Part shown: positions 1 to 10,033 of the stretch, in pieces
Layout of the letters: each line of letters starts with the position of its first letter
Position numbering within the stretch: the stretch's first letter is position 1
Source of the DNA: Synechococcus sp.
Lineage (GTDB): Bacteria; Cyanobacteriota; Cyanobacteriia; Thermostichales; PCC-7336
Reading direction: 5' to 3'
NCBI GenBank assembly: GCA_051439605.1
Contig: JBFRWN010000021.1
Span: forward strand, 1 to 57,437
DNA length: 57,437 bases
Position numbers and translations under genes: made by a program
Notes under the pieces: model-generated
Databases searched by the model: none
What the model saw: only the letters and a program-made list of their open reading frames with translations
What the model was told of the DNA's origin: nothing

Positions 1-610
1 ATTGCGCGGTACATCCTGAAACCATTGATATCGCATCCGTTTCTGGCTCATGAGTTGTGTTTGGGCTACTGAACCAAACGTACCTCCCCGATGAGTACTA
101 GAGAGACGATTGCCAACCAAAATTTACGGAACAATCATTCATTCTCAAGGTCCCGAATCGCACCCCGCTAGCTCGCAAAACTGTGGATATCAATATGAGA
201 TTTTGGATTTCTAATCAACAAAGTTTCAACTGATAAGTTCGATTAACGATGAAGACGTACTCCGACAAAACTAACTGTCACTGATTAAGAAATACATATT
301 TGACAGCTTCGAAAAGTTGTTTCTACAGAAAATATTTTGCCATATTTAGAAGATTATTTTGACTTTTCTCAAGAGTTTTGGAAGGCCTTAACTATACTGG
401 GCAATTTCTTGCATCTATCTGAAACAGGGAGTTCAGCTCGTTTGACCGGGAATTTTGGAATTATGTCAGCCCTCATCAATAATCAGGATGACTGGTATCA
501 AACGCTTCTTTCCTGCTTAGAGATAGTACAAGCTTCAGGTCGGCGCAATCCCTCTACGAGTCATCGAACACAGATTGGGCATCTTCGTCAGGCAAACACA
601 ACGGCAAGCC

Positions 611-1195
611 TTACTTCCCAACGCATTGTTTGAAGCGTTTCCATTGCGATCGCAATACTCTCCACTGAGAAGCGAGGTGGAGAAGAAACAATCCAAAAAA
701 CGCAGAGATAGACCACACGTGCAGGTCTCCAGCTAAATCCACTACCGCCTGATTGGGAGAAAAAAAATCGGGGAGAGGGATCCCAAAAAATCGTACGTTA
801 CCCGCCCGAACAGAATTAGCTAAGTACACACCCGTTGCGGGAGCGATCGCCATGCAAACATACAAAAGGCTGTGTAATAGAGTTTTTTTGAACCAATTCA
901 CAGTTAGCTTTGGAAACCGCCTGCAATACTTGCGCCACCACACTTGAACCAGCACGAGCAGCCGCCAAATCAGCAGCACCACGGTTAAGATACCGATGGA
1001 TTTGTGAAAGCCGTATAATGCCTGTCGGAAAGGGAATCCTGCAGGCCAGCGGTCCATCACTACTCCCTCAATTACGAGGAAGAGATAGAGGCTCGCCATC
1101 CACCAATGAATCGATATCAACTGTTGAAAAATCGATTTCTGTTTAAATTTTTGTCCGTGACGGTTTTTGCTGGACATCGAATTCATCATTCTCAA
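611..1195 (-). CDS. Cytochrome b561 / cytochrome b domain membrane protein
   Basis: Four hydrophobic helices with the conserved His pattern (IHWWMA, FHKSIG, LHSLLY, LHVW...LHLA). Start uncertain; probably one of the Met codons near 1189-1177. Confidence 0.85.
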   Translation of the reverse strand: MRMMNSMSSKNRHGQKFKQKSIFQQLISIHWWMASLYLFLVIEGVVMDRWPAGFPFRQALYGFHKSIGILTVVLLIWRLLVLVQVWWRKYCRRFPKLTVNWFKKTLLHSLLYVCMAIAPATGVYLANSVRAGNVRFFGIPLPDFFSPNQAVVDLAGDLHVWSISAFFGLFLLHLASQWRVLRSQWKRFKQCVGK

Positions 1196-1459
1196 GTTGG
1201 TACTATCAAAAACTTCTTTACTTGAAGATATCGGAAACAGGTTTTCTCGTAAAAGTTTGATGTTGACAGGAACAGGTTGGATCTCTCATTCCTTTTTCGG
1301 TGTCCGCAGTTACCGATGCCGAGACTGCTGAGGCAGGATAGCCTAATCTCCAAAGGTGATATCTCCACTGTTGTTCTCGATTTTCACTCCAGTTCACTTT
1401 CTCTTTCCATTTGTTGATGAACGATTGGGTTCAATCAGAAGTCGTTGCAAAGGTGAACA

Positions 1460-2596
1460 GTGATGCTAGCTAAACCAATGGTGCCGTTGCTTGTCGGGTT
1501 TGCGTTATCCGGACCGCTGTCCTGTCAGTTTGCGGCGGCTGAAATGCGTGCATTTTCCCCTCTGCTCGAAGAATACGGTTTGGAGGAGAACAATGAATCG
1601 CCTCGGGACAATTACAGTACAGCCAGGCTCTCCCCAGGTGATCGCATCCAACTGACGATCCCGGCAGATACCGAAGAACTGTTCTCAGGCCCCTACGAAG
1701 TCCAGCAGGATGGCACCATCCCCATCCCCTTTATCGGAGCTTTTTCCGTGCAGGGATTGACCCTGGATGAAATTGAAACCCTGCTAGTGCGCACCTTGGA
1801 AAACCAAGAATTGTTTCTGCCCGGCGTTGCCGCCTCCGTGCAAATTTTGAACTATGGTTCGGCAATCGTGCATATTTCAGGCGCGGTGTTCGATCCGGGG
1901 ACCACTCAAGTGAATCAATTGCCATTAGAACTGTTGGCCGGGGGGCAAGGGTCAGCGGCCAGTATCCCCGGCGATGCCCCCCGTCGATTGCTAACAGACG
2001 CCATCCGGGCAGCGGGAGGGATTACCCCCGTTGCAGACCTGAGTAGAGTCCAGCTGGAACGGAATCATCGTACTGAAACCTTTGATTTAAGAGGGGTATT
2101 CGAGGGCTCTGCCTTCGAAAATCCGCTGATTTTAAGTGGCGATCGCATTGTGGTGCCCAGACAGGAATTTGAAGCCGACTATGCCCGTCCTTCAGTCCTG
2201 ACCCCCCCCACTATCCAGGTCTTTTTGTCCTCCACCACTGTTCCCGCCACCAGTAACAGTCAAGCGAACGAACAGGGCATCATAGAGCTGCCCTATGGCG
2301 CCCATTTCAGCCAGGTGCTCGGTCCTGCTAACTGTTTGGGGGGAACCTCTGCCACCAATGCCCGCCGCAGTGCAGTGTTAATTCGCACCGAGCGCAAAAC
2401 GGGTCAGGTGTTTGCCCTCGATCGCAAGGTGGAGGATTTGGTGCGGGATTCCGAGGCGAATGACGAAAACCCATTTTTGATGCCAGGGGATCTAGTGGCC
2501 TGCTACGACTCGGCAGTTACAAACTTTAGAGACGTCTTTCGGATTGTGGGAGAAACGATTTTGCCGATCGGAGTGTTTTGGGGGCTGGTAAGGTGA
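1460..2596 (+). CDS. Polysaccharide export protein (Wza/OPX family, SLBB domains)
   Basis: LSPGDRIQLTI, YEVQQDGTIPIPFIGAFSVQGLT (Poly_export) and LTDAIRAAGG...ADLSRVQLER, LSGDRIVVP (SLBB). Confidence 0.9.
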   Translation: MMLAKPMVPLLVGFALSGPLSCQFAAAEMRAFSPLLEEYGLEENNESPRDNYSTARLSPGDRIQLTIPADTEELFSGPYEVQQDGTIPIPFIGAFSVQGLTLDEIETLLVRTLENQELFLPGVAASVQILNYGSAIVHISGAVFDPGTTQVNQLPLELLAGGQGSAASIPGDAPRRLLTDAIRAAGGITPVADLSRVQLERNHRTETFDLRGVFEGSAFENPLILSGDRIVVPRQEFEADYARPSVLTPPTIQVFLSSTTVPATSNSQANEQGIIELPYGAHFSQVLGPANCLGGTSATNARRSAVLIRTERKTGQVFALDRKVEDLVRDSEANDENPFLMPGDLVACYDSAVTNFRDVFRIVGETILPIGVFWGLVR

Positions 2597-4017
2597 CGCG
2601 TCGGTGGCCCCTATTTGGGATAGCGCTCCTTCTCGCTAATGGATGGGTGTGGGCGATCGCCATTCTCTATTTACTGTCCGAGCCCACCTATTCCAGCGGT
2701 CTAACGATTTCGTTGCCCCCCTCCTCACCGCGCTCGGACATTAGCGTGGGGGATATCGGACAGGCCCAACTGGATACGGGAAATTCCTTTGGGCTAGTCA
2801 CCCTCGACCCGCGCGAAAGCTACAAGCTGCTGTCGATGTCCAGCCCCGTCCTGGAGTCCGTAGCATCGCAGTTGGATGTCCCTGTCGCAACACTGGAAAA
2901 ACGCGTTGATGCGATCCTCCCCCCCAATACCAGCCTGATTCAGTTTGAGGTGAAAGCCTCCAGTGCCGAAGAGGCTCGGTCAGGGGCGGAAGCCTTTTAC
3001 CGAGGTTTTCTGGATCGCGTCAATCAATTACGCCAAGAAGAGATTGCCCTGCGCAACCAAATTGCTCGAGAATTTCTAGCGAAAAAGATTGAAGACCTCA
3101 GTCGGGCAGAGGCAGAGCTGGCGAATTTTCGGGCAGAGTCGGGTCTGGTTTCCCTCGATCAGCTGGATCGCATCGCCGACACCTTAGAAGCGTTGCGCAG
3201 CCAGCGAGCGGAGATTGCTGCTCGCATGGCCAGCGAGCGCAGGCAGCAGGAGCAACTGTCCGCCACATTGGGATTGTCTCCCGCAGAGGCTAATCGCGTG
3301 TTTTTGTTGCAGGGCGATCGCGGTTTTCAAGCCAATATGGCGGCCTTTGGGGAAGCGCAATCGGCATTGGCAGAGCTGATGGCAACGCGAGGGAACAGCC
3401 ACCCTAGCGTTGTAGCCCAGCGATTGGAATCGAACAGCACCAGGAAGGCGCTCGAACAAACCATCGGTCAGCCAGTGAGCGATCGCGCCCTGCAATTACT
3501 GTCTTTGCCGCAGGACGGTACAGAGCGGGAACAGCTGTTGTCGACGCTGATTGCTGTGGATGCCAGCGCTCGGGGACTGGCAGCCCAGCTGGAAGAGTTG
3601 GACGGGCAAATTACTGCATTAATTCAGCGGCAAGCAGATCTCAACCGCAAAGGGGAACAATTGGTGGAGCTGGAGCAGCGGGCTCAAACGCTGCGGGTGG
3701 TGCTGTCGTCCACCACCGGAGCACTGGCCATCCGGGAAACGGATGTCACCACTACCTATCCCCTGGTGCAACTGGTAATTCCTCCTGTTCTGCCAGAAGA
3801 GCCCATCAGTCCCAAAAAGAGTTATGCCCTTGTGGGGGCCATCTTCGGGTCGGCCTTTGTCACCGTGGCGTTAGCGATTGCCTTTAGGCAACGACGGCGA
3901 CTGCAGTCTTTCATGACCAATGCATTGCAAGCAGAATTGCCCCCCGAGGATGGCCAGCCATTACACCCATTAGAACAGTCCCAGCTAGCACAGTCCCCCC
4001 TCGATAAGTCTGCATGA
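2593..4017 (+). CDS. Polysaccharide co-polymerase (GumC/Wzc N-terminal type), no tyrosine-kinase domain
   Basis: N-terminal TM, long coiled coil, then PVLPEEPISPKK followed by a TM. GTG at 2593 overlaps the wza stop (GTGA). No Walker A or Tyr cluster. Confidence 0.85.
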   Translation: MTRRWPLFGIALLLANGWVWAIAILYLLSEPTYSSGLTISLPPSSPRSDISVGDIGQAQLDTGNSFGLVTLDPRESYKLLSMSSPVLESVASQLDVPVATLEKRVDAILPPNTSLIQFEVKASSAEEARSGAEAFYRGFLDRVNQLRQEEIALRNQIAREFLAKKIEDLSRAEAELANFRAESGLVSLDQLDRIADTLEALRSQRAEIAARMASERRQQEQLSATLGLSPAEANRVFLLQGDRGFQANMAAFGEAQSALAELMATRGNSHPSVVAQRLESNSTRKALEQTIGQPVSDRALQLLSLPQDGTEREQLLSTLIAVDASARGLAAQLEELDGQITALIQRQADLNRKGEQLVELEQRAQTLRVVLSSTTGALAIRETDVTTTYPLVQLVIPPVLPEEPISPKKSYALVGAIFGSAFVTVALAIAFRQRRRLQSFMTNALQAELPPEDGQPLHPLEQSQLAQSPLDKSA

Positions 4018-5393
4018 GACGTGCCATCCTGACTCAAATCTTTGCCCCTGGGGATGTTCGACCCGGCAATGTGTTGGAGGCAGCTGTCTTTTGGCCGCTT
4101 GCGTTGCTGTATCCCATTTGGTTTGTGGGGGGTCTGTATTTAGTAGGTTCTGTCTTGGGCTGGTTGTTGGGCATCATCCTGGTACTGCGTATCTTGCGAT
4201 CGGGAATCAATCCCATTCCCCTCACCCTGTGGGTGTGGATTGCGGGGGTGCTGACGATCGCCCTAACTCTGTTTGTGGCCCACAACGGGTACGGACGGGG
4301 AACCGGAACGCTGATCAAAAGTATGGTGAGCTGGGGTCGCACCTGGGCTTTGTTGCCGCTCTATTTGCTGGCGGGATGTTTGCCCATTCGACCGCAGATT
4401 GTGTACAGGGGGGCAGCGATTGTTTGTGCCTGGACGCTAGCTCTGCTCCCTGCCTTTATGGCCCTCAAGGCCATTCACTTTCGCGAGGTGTGGTTTACGT
4501 CTCCCCTCAGGGTGATTGGCGGGCCCAATGCCCTCAGTTTTTTCCAAATCGGCGTTTACAGCAGCGAAGACCATGGAGCTGGGGAGCTGCGATGGAAGCT
4601 ATTTGCCCCGTGGTCGCCGGCCTTGGGATTGATTGGGGTTTGTTTTTTTATGTTGGCCCTTCAGGAAAAGGGGGGGTGGCGGTGGATCGGGTTGGCTGGC
4701 TCGGTGGCAATGGTGTTGCTGTCGGGGTCGCGGCTGTCTCTAGTTTGTTTACCCTTTGTTCTGGTGGTTTCTTGGTGCTTGCAGAACCTGAAACGACCGA
4801 TGTTCTTGGCCGGGGTAGGGGTAGCAAGCCTGCTAGGGGGGGTAGGGGCGGATGCAATTCTGTCTTTTTTGTCGCAGTTTTATCGAGATTTCAAGGCACG
4901 TCGGGCGGGGAGTTCGCAGGTGCGAGAGGATTTGCAGAAAATCGCTCTGTTTCGCTGGCAAGAGGCCCCCATTTGGGGACACGGACAGGTGGAAGGGGGG
5001 CCAATTACGGTCGCTTACATGCCCATTGGTTCCCACCACACTTGGTTTGGGGTGTTATTCGTACACGGGGTGGTGGGACTGTTTGCCCTCTTAGTCCCGA
5101 TGGTGCTGACCTTAGGAGAGCTTGTTCTCAAGGCCAATTCCAGTCCCGTGGCGATGACGGGTTTTCGGTTGATGCTGACCCTGTGCCTGTTTTCGTTTGG
5201 GGAGAATTTAGAAGCGATCGCTTATTTTTACTGGCCGGTGTTGATGGCGATCGGCATGGCTTTGGCATGCAAAACGCCCGCACGGGGAGCGATCGGCAAT
5301 GGATCTCGAGGCTCCAGATCCACCAAAGTTCAAGAGCTGCAAGAGGGAAAGCAACTCGTTAGACAGTCAGACAGTATAGTCATGAGCGGTTGA
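4014..5393 (+). CDS. O-antigen ligase / Wzy polymerase family protein
   Basis: Multi-TM; LLSGSR, PIWGHG and IGSHHTWFGVLFVHG motifs; ATGA overlap with the upstream gene. Confidence 0.85.
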   Translation: MRRAILTQIFAPGDVRPGNVLEAAVFWPLALLYPIWFVGGLYLVGSVLGWLLGIILVLRILRSGINPIPLTLWVWIAGVLTIALTLFVAHNGYGRGTGTLIKSMVSWGRTWALLPLYLLAGCLPIRPQIVYRGAAIVCAWTLALLPAFMALKAIHFREVWFTSPLRVIGGPNALSFFQIGVYSSEDHGAGELRWKLFAPWSPALGLIGVCFFMLALQEKGGWRWIGLAGSVAMVLLSGSRLSLVCLPFVLVVSWCLQNLKRPMFLAGVGVASLLGGVGADAILSFLSQFYRDFKARRAGSSQVREDLQKIALFRWQEAPIWGHGQVEGGPITVAYMPIGSHHTWFGVLFVHGVVGLFALLVPMVLTLGELVLKANSSPVAMTGFRLMLTLCLFSFGENLEAIAYFYWPVLMAIGMALACKTPARGAIGNGSRGSRSTKVQELQEGKQLVRQSDSIVMSG

Positions 5394-5446
5394 AAATAGC
5401 TTGAACCCCGATAGAAAATCTGTCACTGTCAGTGCAGCTGCCCGCC

Positions 5447-5830
5447 ATGAACCTACTCTCTGCTATGGGAAAGATGATTCTGATCGTCGATGACGACGAC
5501 ATCTCGACATTGCTCGTCAAAAGTTTCTTAGAGCGTCAGGGGTATATGGCGATCTCAGCTAACTGTGGAGAAAAGGCTTTGACCATCTGTGACAACATCG
5601 TTCCTGACCTCATCTTGATGGATGCGATGATGCCAGAGATGGATGGATTCGAATGCACTCAACGGCTCAAGCAACGATTTCCAGATAGGGACTTGCGCAT
5701 TTTGATGGTTAGCGGGCTGGAGGATGCTGACACCCAAGATAAGGTATCCGAAGTTGGAGCATGTGGGCATATCCAAAAACCCATTAATTGGACCGTTTTG
5801 CAGCAGGCGGTATCGCAGCAACTCGCATGA
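5447..5830 (+). CDS. Single-domain CheY-like response regulator
   Basis: ILIVDDD, PDLILMDAMMPEMDG, IQKP. Start could be 5432, 5447 or slightly downstream. Confidence 0.9.
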   Translation: MNLLSAMGKMILIVDDDDISTLLVKSFLERQGYMAISANCGEKALTICDNIVPDLILMDAMMPEMDGFECTQRLKQRFPDRDLRILMVSGLEDADTQDKVSEVGACGHIQKPINWTVLQQAVSQQLA

Positions 5831-5862
5831 TGCTGAAGTGCTGGCAAATTCGTGCTTGCTGT

Positions 5863-8541
5863 CTAATGGGTCTGCAACCAATCCTGAAAGTGGCTGGCGA
5901 CAACTTCTGACTCAGTCCTGACTTGCTGGACGAGATCTTCTAGGTGTCCTTCCCCAGCCTTCGCTGTCATTTCCAACTCCTTGCAGAGCGCCTGCAGCGG
6001 TAGAGCCCCTAACGAGCCGCTGACGGATTTCAAGGAATGTGCCGATCTCGCTAACCGGTCTAAATCGTTTTCTAGCAAAGCCGCCTGCATTTCCCTCGGG
6101 TATCGGTCTCGTCCGTCGAGGAAACTGTGAATCGCCTGTTGGAGTGCTGGGGAGCGATCGCCCCCTAAAGCCGTAACCAATTCAGCAAACGATTCTGGAT
6201 GTACCGGACTGTGGGAGAGTGTTGGGTTTTGCTTGCCAGCCGGTTGATGTTTACTCGGGAATTGTTGCTGACAGTTAGAGGAGGGTTGGGAGGTTGGCTC
6301 TGGAGAATGGGGCTGTCCGCTGTCAGGGGGAAGGGATCGAGGTAGATGGCGTTTGAGGGCTAGATCTAGATCTTGGGGGCTTACAGGTTTGGGGAGATAT
6401 CCATCCATCCCCGCCTCGAAGCAGATGGTTTTTTCATCCCCGAAGGCATTTGCGGTCAGCGCAACGATCTTGGGCCTAGCCGAGCGTTGATAGCGCTGGC
6501 AAATCTGACGAGTGGCCTCAATACCGTCCATTTGAGGCATTTGAATATCCATTAGCACCAAATCGTAATGAGTGCGTTCCAGTTTTTCCAAAACACCCAG
6601 ACCATTGTCAGCCACATCCACCTCGTAGTTCAAAATGCTCAACATTTCCTGCAAGATAATTTGATTGGCCTCTACATCTTCTGCCAGCAAAATTCGCGGT
6701 TTCCTGCTAGCAGAGAATGCCACAGGACCGGCATCGGTACTTGGGGGTCTGTCCTGCCGAGTAAGAGCTGCCGAACAAGCCTCCACTAACGTCGAGGGTA
6801 AATAAGGTTTGATAACCGACTGGATGCGTTTATCCTGTGCTAAAGAATCATCAAAATATTGGCAGTGTTTGATGCTGGCGATCGCCACAATGGGGAGGGA
6901 TACTTCTAGGTCTAAAAAGGAACGAATGTAGAGAATGGGATCGACCGCATTAATGGGAATATCCACAATTGCTAAATCGCTATCGCGATCGACACCCACC
7001 CCACTATCATTGGCCTGGATGGTGGCCACGCTATGGGTGACTTCGTTCAGTTCCCGAACGATCTGGTTGCCGTAATGCTGACTGGCACTAGCGGCAACGA
7101 TCTTGCGCCCCCGCAAAGCACTCGCAAAAGCTAGCTCCCGATCGATGTCCTGTTGGCTTAAGTGCGATCGCCGCAGTCGCACCGTCACGTTAAAAGTTGA
7201 ACCCCGATCGAGTTCGCTTTCCACCCATATGTCCCCTCCCATGAGGTTGCAGAGGCGCTTGCAGATGGCAAGGCCGAGGCCCACTCCACCATGTTTGCGT
7301 GAAAAGGTTGCGTCCGCTTGGCTAAAGGTTTCAAAAATCTTGTCGCGATCGCCAGCATCAATTCCAATTCCGGTATCGATCACCGAAAAACACAGCTGCT
7401 CGACGTCCTCACTCAAATGAAATTCTCGCTGTTTAAAGCGAGAGAGATTGGGCCGGTGGTTGTAGAGATTGACCTTAATTTGAATCGATCCAGAGTTAGT
7501 GAACTTAATGGCATTGCCTAACAGGTTGAGAAGAATTTGCTTGAGATATTTGCAATCTCCCAAATACTTGCGAGATACCCTGGATGAAACGAAGTAACTG
7601 ATTTCAATCCCTTTAATGGCAGCTTGGGTGCTAATCGAATCTAAGGAGGATTTCAATAATTGATAAATATCGATGTCATCTTCTTGTAGCGCAAATGATT
7701 TGGAATCCAGTTTTGAGAAGGTCAGAATCGAGTCCACAATCTGCAAGAGGGACTCCCCACTATTGCGGATGATATCCAGGTAACCCGATGCCTTGAGGGT
7801 TAAGTCCGACTGTTGAGCCAGTAGGTGAGCTGCTCCGATCGTCGAGTTAAGCGGAGTGCGAATTTCGTGACTCATCGTCGACAGAAATTCACTTTTGGCT
7901 CGGTTAGCGCTCTCGGCGTCGGATTTTGCCTTCAGAATAAACAGGATGTAAAGGGCAAAGACTGCAATGGAAATTAGCAGATAGGTTGCCATCATATCTG
8001 CCGCTCTATTCATCTTTTGATTGTGTTTGTCAAACAGAGCGTGTTCGACGGTTGCCAACTCTCGTGCAAATAGCTTGACATCTGGAATGGTTGCGGAAAG
8101 CCGAGCTCGAATTTCTGGGTATTGGCTGTAATCCCCTTCTAAAACGCTCTCAATCTTAGGCTCGAGGTATTGTAACAGTGTCGAGAATTCATTGAGTAGT
8201 TGTTCGCCGTCTTCAGTGCTGGCCAATCTAGCTCGAGGTACTCCAGAATCGAAAACGGCAATTCTGCTCCAGAGAACATCCAGGCGATCGTAAACATCCC
8301 ATTTTGATGTGGTGTCGCTGTCGGCTGCGTACAAATCTAACGCTGACAGAAATCGATGTAGCTCTAACTCCAGCTGAACTCCCGACCAGGTTTGGGGCTC
8401 GTGCAAGTACTCCTGTCGCAATACTTTGGAATCGCGAACAAAGTTAATGGTAAAAATGCTGCCAAACAAGGCAAATCCCGCCACGCTGAACCCGAGCAGC
8501 TGGTTATATTTCAATGAGATGCGTTTGAATGGCGATTTCAT
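5863..8541 (-). CDS. Hybrid sensor histidine kinase: TM-periplasmic sensor-TM-HisKA-HATPase-degenerate REC-REC-Hpt
   Basis: H-box FLSTMSHEIRTPLN, N-box NLLGNAIKFT, DTGIG, GGVGLGL; receiver ILLAED...DLVLMDIQMP; Hpt AHSLKSVSGSLGA. Two TMs flank a sensor of about 150 aa. Confidence 0.95.
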   Translation of the reverse strand: MKSPFKRISLKYNQLLGFSVAGFALFGSIFTINFVRDSKVLRQEYLHEPQTWSGVQLELELHRFLSALDLYAADSDTTSKWDVYDRLDVLWSRIAVFDSGVPRARLASTEDGEQLLNEFSTLLQYLEPKIESVLEGDYSQYPEIRARLSATIPDVKLFARELATVEHALFDKHNQKMNRAADMMATYLLISIAVFALYILFILKAKSDAESANRAKSEFLSTMSHEIRTPLNSTIGAAHLLAQQSDLTLKASGYLDIIRNSGESLLQIVDSILTFSKLDSKSFALQEDDIDIYQLLKSSLDSISTQAAIKGIEISYFVSSRVSRKYLGDCKYLKQILLNLLGNAIKFTNSGSIQIKVNLYNHRPNLSRFKQREFHLSEDVEQLCFSVIDTGIGIDAGDRDKIFETFSQADATFSRKHGGVGLGLAICKRLCNLMGGDIWVESELDRGSTFNVTVRLRRSHLSQQDIDRELAFASALRGRKIVAASASQHYGNQIVRELNEVTHSVATIQANDSGVGVDRDSDLAIVDIPINAVDPILYIRSFLDLEVSLPIVAIASIKHCQYFDDSLAQDKRIQSVIKPYLPSTLVEACSAALTRQDRPPSTDAGPVAFSASRKPRILLAEDVEANQIILQEMLSILNYEVDVADNGLGVLEKLERTHYDLVLMDIQMPQMDGIEATRQICQRYQRSARPKIVALTANAFGDEKTICFEAGMDGYLPKPVSPQDLDLALKRHLPRSLPPDSGQPHSPEPTSQPSSNCQQQFPSKHQPAGKQNPTLSHSPVHPESFAELVTALGGDRSPALQQAIHSFLDGRDRYPREMQAALLENDLDRLARSAHSLKSVSGSLGALPLQALCKELEMTAKAGEGHLEDLVQQVRTESEVVASHFQDWLQTH

Positions 8542-8671
8542 ATCCGAGAGCGGAACGCAGTTTGCTCGTGGCTAGGCAACACTGCCTATCAATTGGTGCC
8601 GAGAACACTGTTAAATTGCCCACAATCTGATGGGACACCGAGGAATTCTCCTCGGTGTTGGCAATAGCTGC

Positions 8672-9244
8672 CTACTTTATCTCGATTGCCTTGACCTGCC
8701 AAATCCAGCGATCGTTCATTTCAGAGGTGTTCAACTCGGGATGCTCGTCGCGGGGGTACACAATCCAGATGGGGCCGCGATCGCGAGGGGTGAGCGCGAC
8801 ACCATCCTCTGTGAGTGCCAGCAAGACATCGTAGTCTTCAAAGTCAGACACCGGAATTTCAACCAGGTAATCGTTCAACGCGATGACGGACAGTGTTTCC
8901 CCTTCTGCACCCAAATACTCCAGCAAATCCCGTCCCAATACCCCTTCGAATTCTGTCACTCCGTCGGTCCAATCGGTGGAGGTGGCGATGCCGGACGTGC
9001 CGATGGATTCCAGTAATTCGCGATCGAAGATGGCTAGCTCGCCGTTATTAGTATTTGCTATTTCTCCCGAAACCGTCAGAATTGGCCGTCCTGAGGGAAC
9101 GGGTAAATCGTCCGCTAAGGCGGAGGGGGCAACCAGTAGGGTGGCCGTGGCGATCGCCGCTGAGCCCAATCCCGTGAATAAGGCCACGGATTGCGAACTG
9201 TTGAATTTTGAAACGAATCCCATTGCGGTGGACGTTGACTTCAT
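8672..9244 (-). CDS. Secreted sulfite-oxidase-fold (molybdopterin-binding-like) protein, PruR/COG3915-like pterin-binding candidate
   Basis: Sec-type signal ending SALA; motifs ILTVSGEI, TSTDWT, FEGVLGRDLL, IALNDY, RDRGPIWIVYP, RWIWQVKAIEI; no Cys in the mature part. Start 9244 or 9223. Confidence 0.8.
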   Translation of the reverse strand: MKSTSTAMGFVSKFNSSQSVALFTGLGSAAIATATLLVAPSALADDLPVPSGRPILTVSGEIANTNNGELAIFDRELLESIGTSGIATSTDWTDGVTEFEGVLGRDLLEYLGAEGETLSVIALNDYLVEIPVSDFEDYDVLLALTEDGVALTPRDRGPIWIVYPRDEHPELNTSEMNDRWIWQVKAIEIK

Positions 9245-9415
9245 GATTGATTTCCCAGAGTATTCCCAGGCTCTCGAATGACAAGCGATTGGATGGGCCT
9301 GGTGCAGTGCGAGTCTACTGGGCAATGGTGAACAAATCGGGAAATTGTCGGTCAAGCTCTGGATGATGTCCCGTTATAGCTCTTGACATTTCAGCGAGGA
9401 CTGATGGATCTACGG

Positions 9416-9943
9416 TCAGTCACGGATTGGGACAGCTGAAATGTCCTCAGCGACTTGACGGTCGCTATCAAAGGGGAATTGCTGCTGTAACATTTGGCAG
9501 ATGCGATTGGCTGAGTTGCTGATGGAGGGGATGGCAGCAGGCAGTATCGGTCGCGTTAAGTGGGAAATGAGCTCAATGGGGGATCGGGCGATCGCGCAGC
9601 CCAAATCCTCTAGCGCCGTTGCCATTTCCACTTGGTGGTCGTCCACATGCTCTCCAAACCGAGCGCTCCGAGGAACCAAGATAAACGGCACCCGCAGTTG
9701 ACTCAACAGCAGGTACGACCCCTCTCCGCAGTGGGATATGACGATGCGAGCAGATTGCACCAACTGTTGAAATCGATCTTCGGGCAAAATTGCATGTACC
9801 TCTGCCCCTGTTGGCGTCACTGTACAGCTGCCAGCCTGCACTACTACTTCTTCGTGCAAAATGCCGTATTCGATCGCTGCTTCGGTCCATTGCATGAGCC
9901 GATTGAAGGGAAATTGTTCGGTACCGACGGTAACTAATATCAT
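9416..9943 (-). CDS. PssE/Cps14G-like glycosyltransferase (GT28 C-terminal-like)
   Basis: MILVTVGTEQFPFNRL, ISHCGEGS, PR...GEHVDDHQ. Confidence 0.9.
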   Translation of the reverse strand: MILVTVGTEQFPFNRLMQWTEAAIEYGILHEEVVVQAGSCTVTPTGAEVHAILPEDRFQQLVQSARIVISHCGEGSYLLLSQLRVPFILVPRSARFGEHVDDHQVEMATALEDLGCAIARSPIELISHLTRPILPAAIPSISNSANRICQMLQQQFPFDSDRQVAEDISAVPIRD

Positions 9944-10033
9944 GACGAAATCCTTGATAATTCTGGGTGACGTGAACTAACAGATCGGGAAATAGCTCTT
10001 GGGATCGCTATTGAGACGAACCCTATATGGGGT

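Noticed and set aside
337..633. 98-aa plus-strand ORF and short ORFs in 1-336
   Set aside because: TTG start, AT-rich, no recognisable motif, overlaps the cytochrome b 3' end; cannot be supported.
4091..5362. 423-aa alternative-frame ORF inside wzy
   Set aside because: Same-strand shadow of a G/T-rich membrane-protein gene; no RBS or motif. Long, but explainable by codon bias.
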